Assembly: GCA_049700835.1 (NCBI GenBank)
Contig: JBNAUL010000001.1
Location: forward strand, 1-64,000
Direction of reading: 5' to 3'
Length of the DNA stretch: 64,000 nucleotides
DNA from: Candidatus Woesearchaeota archaeon
Lineage (GTDB): Archaea; Nanobdellota; Nanobdellia; Woesearchaeales; WAPY01
Of the stretch, positions 1 through 9,095 are shown one piece after another. The notes under the pieces were generated by a model. It saw only the letters and a list, made by a program, of their open reading frames with translations, did not search any database and was not told the DNA's origin. Each line of letters starts with the position of its first letter. Positions within the stretch are counted from its first letter, which is position 1. A program made the translations under genes and the position numbers.

Positions 1-460
1 TGTTCATTCCATAGAATAAGAACAAAATAATTGTTGTTATGATTAATAAAAATGCTGTTCTTTGTATTAAATACTTAAGATTGAAATTATTTAAAGCGTT
101 GTTTAAATATTGATTTATTTTTCTTGAGTTGTTGTTTTTATTTTTTTGTTTTTTTATTGTTTTCTTTTTTAAAATTCTGTTGCATCTATTTTTTTCTTTC
201 AGTGTTTCTTTTTTGCTTGCCCTATTTAGTACCAAGTTATTTTTTATTCTCTCTTTTTCATTTTTTATTTTATGCTCTTTTAATTTTTCATTACTTGCAA
301 AATCTTTTAAAATATTTTTTCCAAAAAAATTCTTATAAAGTTTTGTTCTCACTGTATTATTTCTCTTATTTAAGTTTTTATAATTTTTTTTGTTCTTAAA
401 AATGGTTTTTATCTTTGATTTTTCTCTTTTCCTGAAATTTTTGTTAGCTTGTTTTTTCAT
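1..460 (-). CDS. Partial Lys-rich membrane-anchored protein (runs off window start)
   Basis: Manual translation from ATG at 460 is open to base 2. MKKQANKNFRKREK... is followed by a hydrophobic segment (AFLLIITTIILFLFYGM). Starts 5 bp after the stop of 466..1632. Not in the ORF track because its stop lies outside the window. Confidence 0.7.
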   Translation of the reverse strand, partial: MKKQANKNFRKREKSKIKTIFKNKKNYKNLNKRNNTVRTKLYKNFFGKNILKDFASNEKLKEHKIKNEKERIKNNLVLNRASKKETLKEKNRCNRILKKKTIKKQKNKNNNSRKINQYLNNALNNFNLKYLIQRTAFLLIITTIILFLFYGMN

Positions 461-465
461 ATTTT

Positions 466-1632
466 TTAGTTCTTTATCTTTGATTTTAGTTTAACCAAAA
501 CTTTCAGTATTTCTGTATTTAGGGAAATTGATTTTTTGTTTTCAAGCTCTATTATTCCACCTTGTTCTTTATCAGCGTTTTTTAATAAGAAATTGAAAGT
601 TCCAATTATTAGTTTAGTGTATTTTTCATCATTTGTTGCTTCATAGCAAGAATCTAAAGCTCCTAAAACTTGATAAGTAATAAGTGTTTTTTCAATTTCT
701 TTAATGCTAAAACTTCCATCATCATTCCTAAAACTAACAATAACATCAAAATTCTTGTTTATATAAGGAATTATTTCTTTTTCTTTTTTTGTTTTGTAAA
801 TCTCGCACCAACCTCTTAGAAATTCTGCTTTTACATATTCGTGAAAGTCCTTATTTGCTGATCTTTTTTGTTCTAAGTCAATCATCATCTGCTTTGATTT
901 TTGATAGAACTCTTCTTTTCCTGTTAGAGCATAATAGTTTGATAATGCTAAAACTGTTCTTATCATTTCTTGAGAATAAGTATGAAAGCTTTGTTTTGAA
1001 CTCTCTTTTTTAAGAATATAATCTGCTAAACTAATCAGTTCTTCATCAGGTTTTTCTTTCAATGCTAAATAGTAAGATGATTCTGCCCAAACGATTGTTG
1101 ACAAAATAAACAATCTTTCATTATCTGGGTTTTCAGGCCAGAATTTTTCTTCAATGCATCTTTTTTGCTCTTCAGCAATTTTTAAGTAATAATCCTCTTT
1201 TGTTTTTTTATAAATTTCTGAAAAATCATAAACTAAGAAATAACCAACTCCATATTTTAGTGGCTCGTATTTTTGAGAAGTTTTATTGAACTCAAAACTT
1301 CCAATAATAGAGCAATTATCTAAGAGAGAACTATTAACATATTTTATTATTATGCTTATTAATTCATCAATTATTTCTGCGCTTGAATTTAAACTTAAAG
1401 GTTGTTGTAAAGATTGTGAATAGTTTTCAGAATTTATTTCTCTAATTAGATTATTATTATTAGAATTTTCATCATTTTTAGTAAGAATGTTTTTTAAGTT
1501 TGAATTCTTACTTATGCTTTGATTTAAATCAACAATTTTATTGTTCTTTTTATTAACAAGGAATGTGCAAGAAAAAATTATTCCAACAAACAACATAAAA
1601 AGTATTAATCTAAATGTTCTTTTCTTATTCAT
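466..1632 (-). CDS. Secreted/membrane-anchored (alpha/alpha)6-barrel-like protein (GH76/AGE/prenyltransferase-repeat-like)
   Basis: N-terminal hydrophobic segment ending IIFSC; repeated helical hairpin motifs (YYALTGKEEF, CYEATNDEKY, IYKKTKEDYY, FRNDDGSF). Confidence 0.55.
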   Translation of the reverse strand: MNKKRTFRLILFMLFVGIIFSCTFLVNKKNNKIVDLNQSISKNSNLKNILTKNDENSNNNNLIREINSENYSQSLQQPLSLNSSAEIIDELISIIIKYVNSSLLDNCSIIGSFEFNKTSQKYEPLKYGVGYFLVYDFSEIYKKTKEDYYLKIAEEQKRCIEEKFWPENPDNERLFILSTIVWAESSYYLALKEKPDEELISLADYILKKESSKQSFHTYSQEMIRTVLALSNYYALTGKEEFYQKSKQMMIDLEQKRSANKDFHEYVKAEFLRGWCEIYKTKKEKEIIPYINKNFDVIVSFRNDDGSFSIKEIEKTLITYQVLGALDSCYEATNDEKYTKLIIGTFNFLLKNADKEQGGIIELENKKSISLNTEILKVLVKLKSKIKN

Positions 1633-4600
1633 TCTCCACTCCTTTATTGCTTTTATTTTTTTGTTGTTTTTTTAATTTTTCTTTTATTAATTCCTGCTCA
1701 ATCATTCTTCTAATAGCTGTTGGGTCAAGAGTTGCATTTACATCACCGCAAGGCCCTCCTGTGCAAACAACTTCTGCTTTAAAATTGAATGTTTCGTACT
1801 TATAAACAGAAGTGTTTGCAAAATCGCTTGGCCAGATTAATTTAACGGATAATGTTCCTCTTGCTGAATTGTTAAAGATAAAATAATAATCCTCTTTCTT
1901 TATGTTTGTGTCATTATCACTAGCCCAAATTGTTATGTTATAGGTTCCTTCACTCCAAGAGCTTGTATTAATATCCCACGGTTCTTCGAGACTTGTGTTT
2001 GTTAAACCATTATCCTTGCTGTACCATGTTTGGTTCAAGTTGTCGTCTGTTATTGTAAAGTTGAGAATTGTCCCTGTGTGCAATATTGTGTTGTTGATTG
2101 GACTTTCAAGAGTTATTACAGGAGCTCCTGCTAAGTTGTGGGCATACCTTATTATTCCTCCAAAGTTGAACTCTTGAGTATGAACTCCTGGAGTTAGCAC
2201 TCTTACTTTAAAGTATGAAGTTTTGTTATCGCAACTATAATTCTTGATAAGTATTGATTTTGTTATTATTGAGATTTCCTGCTGCATTGTTTGAGTATAA
2301 TTTATTAGTGTCGTTTCGTTATCTAAAAAGCAACTGATGTTTGTTTGCGTTGAGTTATAGATCAAGGTGTTGTTATTGCATTCGAGAATTTCTTCTTCGC
2401 TTATTACATAAGCAAGTTCGTTCATTAGTTCATCATCGCATTTTATTTCTAAGAATGTTAAGTCGTCTATTGTTTCATTGTAATCAATGCTTAGTTCTGA
2501 ATAAGTTGTTTCATTTGTTGCTGTGATTTTCAAATCAGCATTTCCTGTTGTGTTAAATGCAACTGTCCAATTTCCCATTATCATTGGATAACTCTGAACA
2601 TTCAAGATTATTAAATCAACTTCAACCTCATAACTCTTGTTGCTTAGATGAGGTATTATCCATCTCAAGGTATCAATCAATTTGTTGCTATCAGAATCGA
2701 TGAACTCAACAGAATAGTTTTCATTGTTAGTTATTTCTATTTTTGATTCATCAGTTAATTCATAGATGTGTATTCTTGAACTTTCTGTTTCAAATATTTT
2801 TGTATAAGCAGTTATGTTTGTATAGTGCAATTCTGAACTCACGCTCAGTCTCTTAGCCCATCTTGCTTCATCAACAAAAACTTTTTCTTTAGTTATTTCT
2901 GGGGCTTTTGTTTGATAAACTATTATGTAATCTGATGGTTCTGCATTGAAGCTCAATGTAATGTTTTCTTGTTCTGAATAAACAATAAATCCTGTTATTC
3001 TGAAAATGCTTCTTACAGCATTTATTATAGTTGCAAAAAAGTTTCTAATGCTCAAAATGATTTTACTTATTAATTCTTTAAAGTTTATTCTTTCAATTCT
3101 TAAAACAGCCATTCCTGTTATTCCTGATTGCTTTGTTGCTTGGGTTGTTGATTGGGTTTTTGTTTGTTCTTGCTCATTGATGATTTCTTCTGTAGTTATT
3201 TCTCCCTTAATCCTCTTTTCATCCTTTAATGTTCTTACTATTCCTTTAATATTAACAATGACTTCTTCTTCCTTAATCTTCTCCTTGATTTTCTTTTCTT
3301 TAGAATTGACATCATCCTTTATTATTATCTCTTTTTCTAATGTTATGTTGAATGCTTGTTCTGGAATTTCTGTTGTTAGTGTTATGTTGTTGCCTTGAAC
3401 CTTTATTTTCTTAACCCAAGTTACTGGCTTATTGATTTCTGCCGGAAGTTGAATTAACTCCTCACTAATCTTTGCTTTTGAAACATTTACTATTATTAAA
3501 TATGTTGTTGTGTTCTTTGCATCATTAACAACAAGTTTTAATTCATAATTTCCTTGTTTTTCAGCAGTTATTGTTAATAAGGAATTATCTAAAATTGTTT
3601 TTAAACCAGAGATTTCTTTAACTTCATAGTTTAGAGTGTCATTATCATAATCAAAGCAATAATCACTCAAGTTTATTGTTTTCTGCTCTGATTCTAAGAG
3701 TTCTACCTCAATCACAAAACAGTTTGGAATTCTATTTTCAAATTCTGGAATTATTGTAACAATGACTTCATTGCTTTGAGTTATATTCTTTAGGTCTGAT
3801 GCTAAGAAAACAATGCTCTTTTTTCCTAATGCAACTTCATCTGCTCTTAAACTAACAATCTCTCCAACAATTTCTGCGCCAACGCCTTCTGGTTTTATAA
3901 GAGTAAAGATTAAAGTATCATTGTCTTTATCATAAAAGTATTCTGAAAGATTAATTGTTATTGTTTGTCCTTGTTTTAAAACAATGTTTTCTATTTTTTT
4001 AATCAATTCAGGAGCATTGTTTGTTATGTTCTCAACAAATTCGCTTATGTTTTTGGTTATGTTTTTGCTAATATTTTCTGTAAGATTTGCTGTAAGATTA
4101 GCTGAAATTTTCTCTATCATTGAGCTTATGTTTTCACTTAATTCTTGCTCAAAACTAACATTTTCCAAACTAACATTCTCATAACTGATGTTTCCTGTGA
4201 TATTTTCTGCTGTTGTTTCATTAATCTCACTGCTAATGTTTTCTGTTAAATTTGCAGGTAAGGTTTCTGTTATGTTTTCCATGTTAATTATCGTTAAATT
4301 CTCACTAATGTTTTCTATCAACTCTGCTGTTAAGTTTTGGCTTATGTTTTTTGTTATGTTCTCTGACAAAACTATTTCTGAAAGATTTTCTGAAAGATTT
4401 TGTTCAGAACTTTCATTGATGAAAACCTCTTGAATACTTGCATTCTGCTCTAATGCAGAGATAGTTTTATTTTCTATGTTTTCAAAACTTTCATTGTAAA
4501 CTGTTAATCCTGTTATCCTTGGCTTAAATACATTAAGAGACAACGCTAAAACCAAAATTATTGGAATTATAAGCATTGCTGTTGCTGTTATTTTGCTCTG

Positions 4601-4852
4601 CTGTTCTATGCTCTTTATCCTTTGATTTAGATTTTTAATTTTGGAATCTATCTCTGCAAAATGCTCTTTCTCTGTTCTGTTATTGAAAAACTCTTTAATC
4701 TTTTTATTGTATTCTGCAAAACTTATTCTGTTAAGCAAGTATTCTTTGTAGATGCTCTGAATATTTTCTCCTGCTTGTTGTTTTTGTAGTTCTAAATTGC
4801 TAATCTCTTGCTTTAATTCCCTAATCCTAAATCTTTGTTTCTTACTCAGCAT
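1625..4852 (-). CDS. Large surface glycoprotein with sequon-rich stalk and cadherin/Ig-like domains
   Basis: 1075 aa; TM near residue 95; E-N-[ILV]-[ST] repeats; two cadherin-like units (NLSEYFYDKDNDTL, NLSDYCFDYDNDTL); Ig-like C-terminal units. Confidence 0.7.
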   Translation of the reverse strand: MLSKKQRFRIRELKQEISNLELQKQQAGENIQSIYKEYLLNRISFAEYNKKIKEFFNNRTEKEHFAEIDSKIKNLNQRIKSIEQQSKITATAMLIIPIILVLALSLNVFKPRITGLTVYNESFENIENKTISALEQNASIQEVFINESSEQNLSENLSEIVLSENITKNISQNLTAELIENISENLTIINMENITETLPANLTENISSEINETTAENITGNISYENVSLENVSFEQELSENISSMIEKISANLTANLTENISKNITKNISEFVENITNNAPELIKKIENIVLKQGQTITINLSEYFYDKDNDTLIFTLIKPEGVGAEIVGEIVSLRADEVALGKKSIVFLASDLKNITQSNEVIVTIIPEFENRIPNCFVIEVELLESEQKTINLSDYCFDYDNDTLNYEVKEISGLKTILDNSLLTITAEKQGNYELKLVVNDAKNTTTYLIIVNVSKAKISEELIQLPAEINKPVTWVKKIKVQGNNITLTTEIPEQAFNITLEKEIIIKDDVNSKEKKIKEKIKEEEVIVNIKGIVRTLKDEKRIKGEITTEEIINEQEQTKTQSTTQATKQSGITGMAVLRIERINFKELISKIILSIRNFFATIINAVRSIFRITGFIVYSEQENITLSFNAEPSDYIIVYQTKAPEITKEKVFVDEARWAKRLSVSSELHYTNITAYTKIFETESSRIHIYELTDESKIEITNNENYSVEFIDSDSNKLIDTLRWIIPHLSNKSYEVEVDLIILNVQSYPMIMGNWTVAFNTTGNADLKITATNETTYSELSIDYNETIDDLTFLEIKCDDELMNELAYVISEEEILECNNNTLIYNSTQTNISCFLDNETTLINYTQTMQQEISIITKSILIKNYSCDNKTSYFKVRVLTPGVHTQEFNFGGIIRYAHNLAGAPVITLESPINNTILHTGTILNFTITDDNLNQTWYSKDNGLTNTSLEEPWDINTSSWSEGTYNITIWASDNDTNIKKEDYYFIFNNSARGTLSVKLIWPSDFANTSVYKYETFNFKAEVVCTGGPCGDVNATLDPTAIRRMIEQELIKEKLKKQQKNKSNKGVENE

Positions 4853-5507
4853 TTTCCTCCTTCTTGTTTTTTGCGTTCTTGTTTTGCGATTTCAGATTTG
4901 AACGAGCATAAGCAGTATGGATTGTTGTATAGCTCTTCTTCAGAAGCTCTGAAATTCTTGAGAACCTTAGGTTATGAACATCATGCAAGTACTTTACAAC
5001 ACTTTCAAGAACAGAATATTCTCTTGATGAAATAATCTCAATTGGAATTTCAAAAGAATAATCAGGGGTTAAAGTTTGAGAGAATTTCTTATTAGCCCTT
5101 TGATAGGTTATCCAAACAACTCTTGGATTTCTGTTTAGAATTTTTCCAATTTTAGAATACTTTAAATTTTTGTTTTCTTTCAAGAATTTAACAATCGCTT
5201 CAAAAACAGACAGTTCTTTATTAAAGACAAGAGGAATTTTTGAAATTTCCTCTTTTAATTCCTCTTCAACCCTTTGTCTTGGCTCTTCTTTGATCTTTTC
5301 TTTTTTTTCTAATTCTTTGCCTTTCTCAGATTTTATCTCAGAAATCGCTTCTTTTAAGATTCTTAACAAGTCCTCTTTTGAAAAACTCTTTTTTAAGAAT
5401 TCTTTTAATAGATTAAGAAGGTCTTGATTGTCTTTGTTAAGCCTGCTCTTTTCTTTATTCTCTTCTTTATTATCTTGCGTGCTTCCTTGTTTGTTTTCAT
5501 TGCTCAT
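4842..5507 (-). CDS. Putative transcription regulator with two tandem HTH domains
   Basis: Internal duplication: LSVFEAIVKFLKENKNLKYSKIGKILNRNPRVVWITYQRA and YSVLESVVKYLHDVHNLRFSRISELLKKSYTTIHTAYARS. Confidence 0.7.
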   Translation of the reverse strand: MSNENKQGSTQDNKEENKEKSRLNKDNQDLLNLLKEFLKKSFSKEDLLRILKEAISEIKSEKGKELEKKEKIKEEPRQRVEEELKEEISKIPLVFNKELSVFEAIVKFLKENKNLKYSKIGKILNRNPRVVWITYQRANKKFSQTLTPDYSFEIPIEIISSREYSVLESVVKYLHDVHNLRFSRISELLKKSYTTIHTAYARSNLKSQNKNAKNKKEENAE

Positions 5508-5595
5508 TTTTGTTTGTTGGCTTTTGCAAAAGCTTGCAAAAAAAGAAAAAATAACAATAAAGGTTAACTTATTTAAGCAACTTTATAAATTTTAT

Positions 5596-5691
5596 TATTA
5601 TGTAGTATTTTAATTTAAATATATTAACAAAAAAATATACTATGTAGTAATTATAATAAATAATAAACATATTTTAACATATTATGTAGTA
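5596..5691. promoter_or_regulatory. Three near-palindromic TAYTATGTAGTA boxes at exact 42-bp spacing (putative operators)
   Basis: Copies at 5596-5607, 5638-5649 and 5680-5691, between the divergent HTH gene and pheS. Confidence 0.6.
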
Positions 5692-5751
5692 ATTAATTGG
5701 TTTTGAGAATAAAAAAAGATTTATATACCTAATTAGAATAACTTTACGCTT

Positions 5752-7278
5752 ATGAATGCAAAGAAAATAGCAGAAACCCTTCATCCGCTTGAAAGAAAAG
5801 TTTTGCCTTATTTAAAGGAAAAGCAGAGCATTGAAGAACTTATTTCAAAAACAGGACTAAAAGAAGTAGAAGTAAATAGAGCACTGCAATGGCTGAAAAA
5901 CAAAGAATTAATAATGTTAGAAGAAGAAGTAAAAGAGATTGCAGAACTTGATTCTAATGGCAAAACATACTTAAAAGAAGGACTTCCTGAAAGAAAATTC
6001 ATAAAGGTTCTTGGGCAAAAAACGCTTACTCTTGATGAAATTGCAAAGAAAACTCGATTGAGCAATAACGAGATAAGCGTCAGCATTGGCTTGTTAAGAA
6101 GAAAAAATATTATCTATGTGTTCAGAAAAAAGGACCTTATAATCTCGTTGACAGAATTCGGCAAGAAACTGCTTAATGAAAAATTTGAAGAGGAAAAACT
6201 GCTTGAAAAATTGCCAATTGAAATTTCAAAATTAAGCGATGCTGAAAAAACAATTCTTGAAGGATTAAAAAAGAGAAAGAGCATAGTAAAAATTTATTCA
6301 TTAAAAACAAAAACAGCAAAATTAACTCAATTAGGAGAAGAAGTTTTAAAGGTTGGTTTTGAAGAGAATGTTATTGACAAGCTAACTCCTGAAATTCTGA
6401 GAAGCAAGATTTGGAAGCAGAAGAAGTTTAGGAGGTATGATATTCAGGCAGAGGTTCCAGAAGTTTATTTTGGAAGAAGGCACTTTGTAAACCAAGCGAT
6501 TGATTACATAAGAAGCATCTGGACTCGAATGGGATTCAAGGAAATGAAAGGCCCTTTGGTTCAAACAAGCTTTTGGAATTTTGATGCTCTTTTCACAGCA
6601 CAAGATCATCCTGTAAGAGAGATGCAGGACACATTCTTCTTAAAGAGCCCTGAATTTGGAAACCTGCCTGACAAGAGGATAGTTGAAAATGTCAAGAAAG
6701 CGCATGAGAATGGCTTTAACACCGGAAGTATTGGGTGGCAGTATAGGTGGAGTTTTGAAGAAGCAAAGAAGAATGTTTTAAGAACTCATACAACTGTTTT
6801 AAGCGCAAGGACAATCGCTGCTCTAAAAAAAGAAAACCTTCCTGCAAAATACTTTGCAGTCGGAAGGTGCTTTAGAAATGAGACGCTTGACTGGAGCCAC
6901 TTGTTTGAATTTGACCAAACAGAAGGAATTGTTGTTGGGGATGTTAATTTTAGAAACTTGATCGGCTATCTAAAAGAATTCTTTAAAAAGATGAATTATG
7001 AAAGAATAAGAATAAGACCTGCGTATTTTCCATACACAGAAATGAGTTGCGAGGTAGAAGTTTATGATGAAAACCACGAAGAATGGCTTGAACTTGGAGG
7101 GGCAGGAATGCTCAGGCCAGAGGTTGTAAAGCCGCTTCTTGGTTTTGAAACTCAAGTGCTTGCTTGGGGCTTAGGGCTTGCAAGAATAATAAAAAACTAC
7201 TATCAAATTGAGGATTTAAGAATGATTTACAAGAATGATTTAAACGAACTTAGAAAAATAAAGGAGTGGTTGCTGTAA
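5752..7278 (+). CDS. pheS: Phenylalanine--tRNA ligase alpha subunit (archaeal long form)
   Basis: FWNFDALF..QDHPVREMQDTF, LRTHTT, FRNE..D.SH..EF, YFPYTE, WLELGGAG, AWGLGL; N-terminal DNA-binding-like domains. Confidence 0.98.
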   Translation: MNAKKIAETLHPLERKVLPYLKEKQSIEELISKTGLKEVEVNRALQWLKNKELIMLEEEVKEIAELDSNGKTYLKEGLPERKFIKVLGQKTLTLDEIAKKTRLSNNEISVSIGLLRRKNIIYVFRKKDLIISLTEFGKKLLNEKFEEEKLLEKLPIEISKLSDAEKTILEGLKKRKSIVKIYSLKTKTAKLTQLGEEVLKVGFEENVIDKLTPEILRSKIWKQKKFRRYDIQAEVPEVYFGRRHFVNQAIDYIRSIWTRMGFKEMKGPLVQTSFWNFDALFTAQDHPVREMQDTFFLKSPEFGNLPDKRIVENVKKAHENGFNTGSIGWQYRWSFEEAKKNVLRTHTTVLSARTIAALKKENLPAKYFAVGRCFRNETLDWSHLFEFDQTEGIVVGDVNFRNLIGYLKEFFKKMNYERIRIRPAYFPYTEMSCEVEVYDENHEEWLELGGAGMLRPEVVKPLLGFETQVLAWGLGLARIIKNYYQIEDLRMIYKNDLNELRKIKEWLL

Positions 7279-7279
7279 A

Positions 7280-8917
7280 ATGCCAACAGTAAATTTTGAA
7301 AAAAAGGAAGTTTTGAAATTGCTTGGAAAAAAGATTAGCGATCAAATCTTAGCAGAAAACATTTCTTACTTAGGGACTGATTTAAAAAGCATGAACGACG
7401 AGGAAATTATTGTTGAGATATTCCCAAACAGGCCTGACATGCTTTCAATTGAGGGGTTTGCAAGAGCACTCTCAGCATTCATGAACATAAAGCCAGGATT
7501 AAGAAAATACAAAGTGAAACCAAGCAACAAAAGAGTTAAAGTGGAACAGAGCGTTAAAAACATCAGGCCTTACATAAAGTGCGCTATTGTAAAAAACATT
7601 GAAATAAACAGCTCTCAAATAAAGAACTTAATGCAGTTGCAAGAAAAACTTCACCAAACCCATGGAAGAGACAGGAGAAAGGTTGCAATAGGAGTTCATG
7701 ACTATGATAAAATAAAATTCCCGCTAAAGTATAAAGCTGTTGAACCTTCAAAGATTTCTTTTATACCATTGGGAGAAACGATTGAGATGAACTTAAAACA
7801 AATATTGGAAGTTCATCCAAAAGGAAAGAAGTATGCGTGGATTTTGGAAGACAAACAAAAATATCCAATAATAATTGATGCAAAGGGCGATGTTGTAAGT
7901 TTTCCTCCAATAATTAACGGAGTTATAACTCAAGTAACAGAAGGCACAAAGAATATTTTCATTGATGTTACAGGAGAGAATGAAACAGCAGTGGAACAGG
8001 CGCTGAACATAATAGTAAGTAGTTTGGCAGAGAGAGGTGCTGAAATCCTGAGCGTAAAAGTTAATGGAAAAGAAACCCCAAGATTAAAATCAAAGGTCAT
8101 CAAGCTCAATATAAAATATGCTTCCAAGATACTTGGAATAAAATTAAAAGAAGGGGATGTTAAAAAAATGCTGGCAAGGATGGGCTACTCCTACAATGCT
8201 GGCAAAGCAACTGTTCCGTGCTATAGAACAGACATACTTCACCAATACGATGTGATTGAAGATATCGTAATTGCATATGGTTACAACAAAATAATTCCAG
8301 AACTTCCAAACATTTCAACAACAGCAGAGGAAGACAAGATGTATAATTTTAATAAAAAGCTGGCTCTTGTCCTTGTAGGCTTTGGATTTTTGGAAACAAA
8401 CACTGTTTCATTAACTAGCGAGGCAAATGAAACAAAGTGCGGTTTCAGGGAAAAATTGGTTTTGATAAAGAACTCTGCAACTCAAGGTTATAATGCTTTG
8501 AGAAAGCACATCGTACCTTCTTTGTTGAATGTTTTTTCTGAAAACAAACACAACTCTTATCCGCAGAGAATTTTTGAGATAGGAACTGTTTTTTCAGAAG
8601 ATATTGAGCAGGAAACAATGGTTAAAGAAGAAAGTGTTTTAGGAATTGCAAGCGCAGGAACAGAAGAAGACTTCACAAAGATGAAACAGATAATAACATC
8701 TGTTTTAAACAACCTAAATCTCAAATTCTCTTTTGAAGAAATCTCTCACGAGGCATTTATTGAAGGAAGGAGTGCAAAGATTGTTGCAGAAGGACAAGAA
8801 ATTGGGTTTTTTGGAGAGGTTGCACCTTTAATAATAGAAAGCTTGCAGTTGGAGATTCCAATAGTGGTTGCTGAGATAAACACAACAAAGTTGTTTGACA
8901 TAATAAACTCTAAATAA
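7280..8917 (+). CDS. pheT: Phenylalanine--tRNA ligase beta subunit
   Basis: PNRPDMLS, LQEKLH..GRDRRKVAIGVHD, PPIING, VPCYRTDILH..DVIEDI; adjacent to pheS. Confidence 0.97.
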   Translation: MPTVNFEKKEVLKLLGKKISDQILAENISYLGTDLKSMNDEEIIVEIFPNRPDMLSIEGFARALSAFMNIKPGLRKYKVKPSNKRVKVEQSVKNIRPYIKCAIVKNIEINSSQIKNLMQLQEKLHQTHGRDRRKVAIGVHDYDKIKFPLKYKAVEPSKISFIPLGETIEMNLKQILEVHPKGKKYAWILEDKQKYPIIIDAKGDVVSFPPIINGVITQVTEGTKNIFIDVTGENETAVEQALNIIVSSLAERGAEILSVKVNGKETPRLKSKVIKLNIKYASKILGIKLKEGDVKKMLARMGYSYNAGKATVPCYRTDILHQYDVIEDIVIAYGYNKIIPELPNISTTAEEDKMYNFNKKLALVLVGFGFLETNTVSLTSEANETKCGFREKLVLIKNSATQGYNALRKHIVPSLLNVFSENKHNSYPQRIFEIGTVFSEDIEQETMVKEESVLGIASAGTEEDFTKMKQIITSVLNNLNLKFSFEEISHEAFIEGRSAKIVAEGQEIGFFGEVAPLIIESLQLEIPIVVAEINTTKLFDIINSK

Positions 8918-9095
8918 AAACATTCATGCATAATTCTGAAAGAGTGCTCACGTTTCAACAATTTTTATTCTTTTTATTCTTTTGTTTTTCTTGAAAATCA
9001 GAAGTAACAAATCAAAAAATAAAAAATAAAATACAAAAAACAAAAGCAGTTTTAAAATATTGCTTATGTTGAATTCTGTTTGTTAAATTCTGTGT

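Noticed and set aside
124..399. Phe-rich plus-strand ORFs here, and the many short antisense ORFs over ribosomal and other genes
   Set aside because: They are shadows of Lys/Glu-rich genes on the opposite strand.
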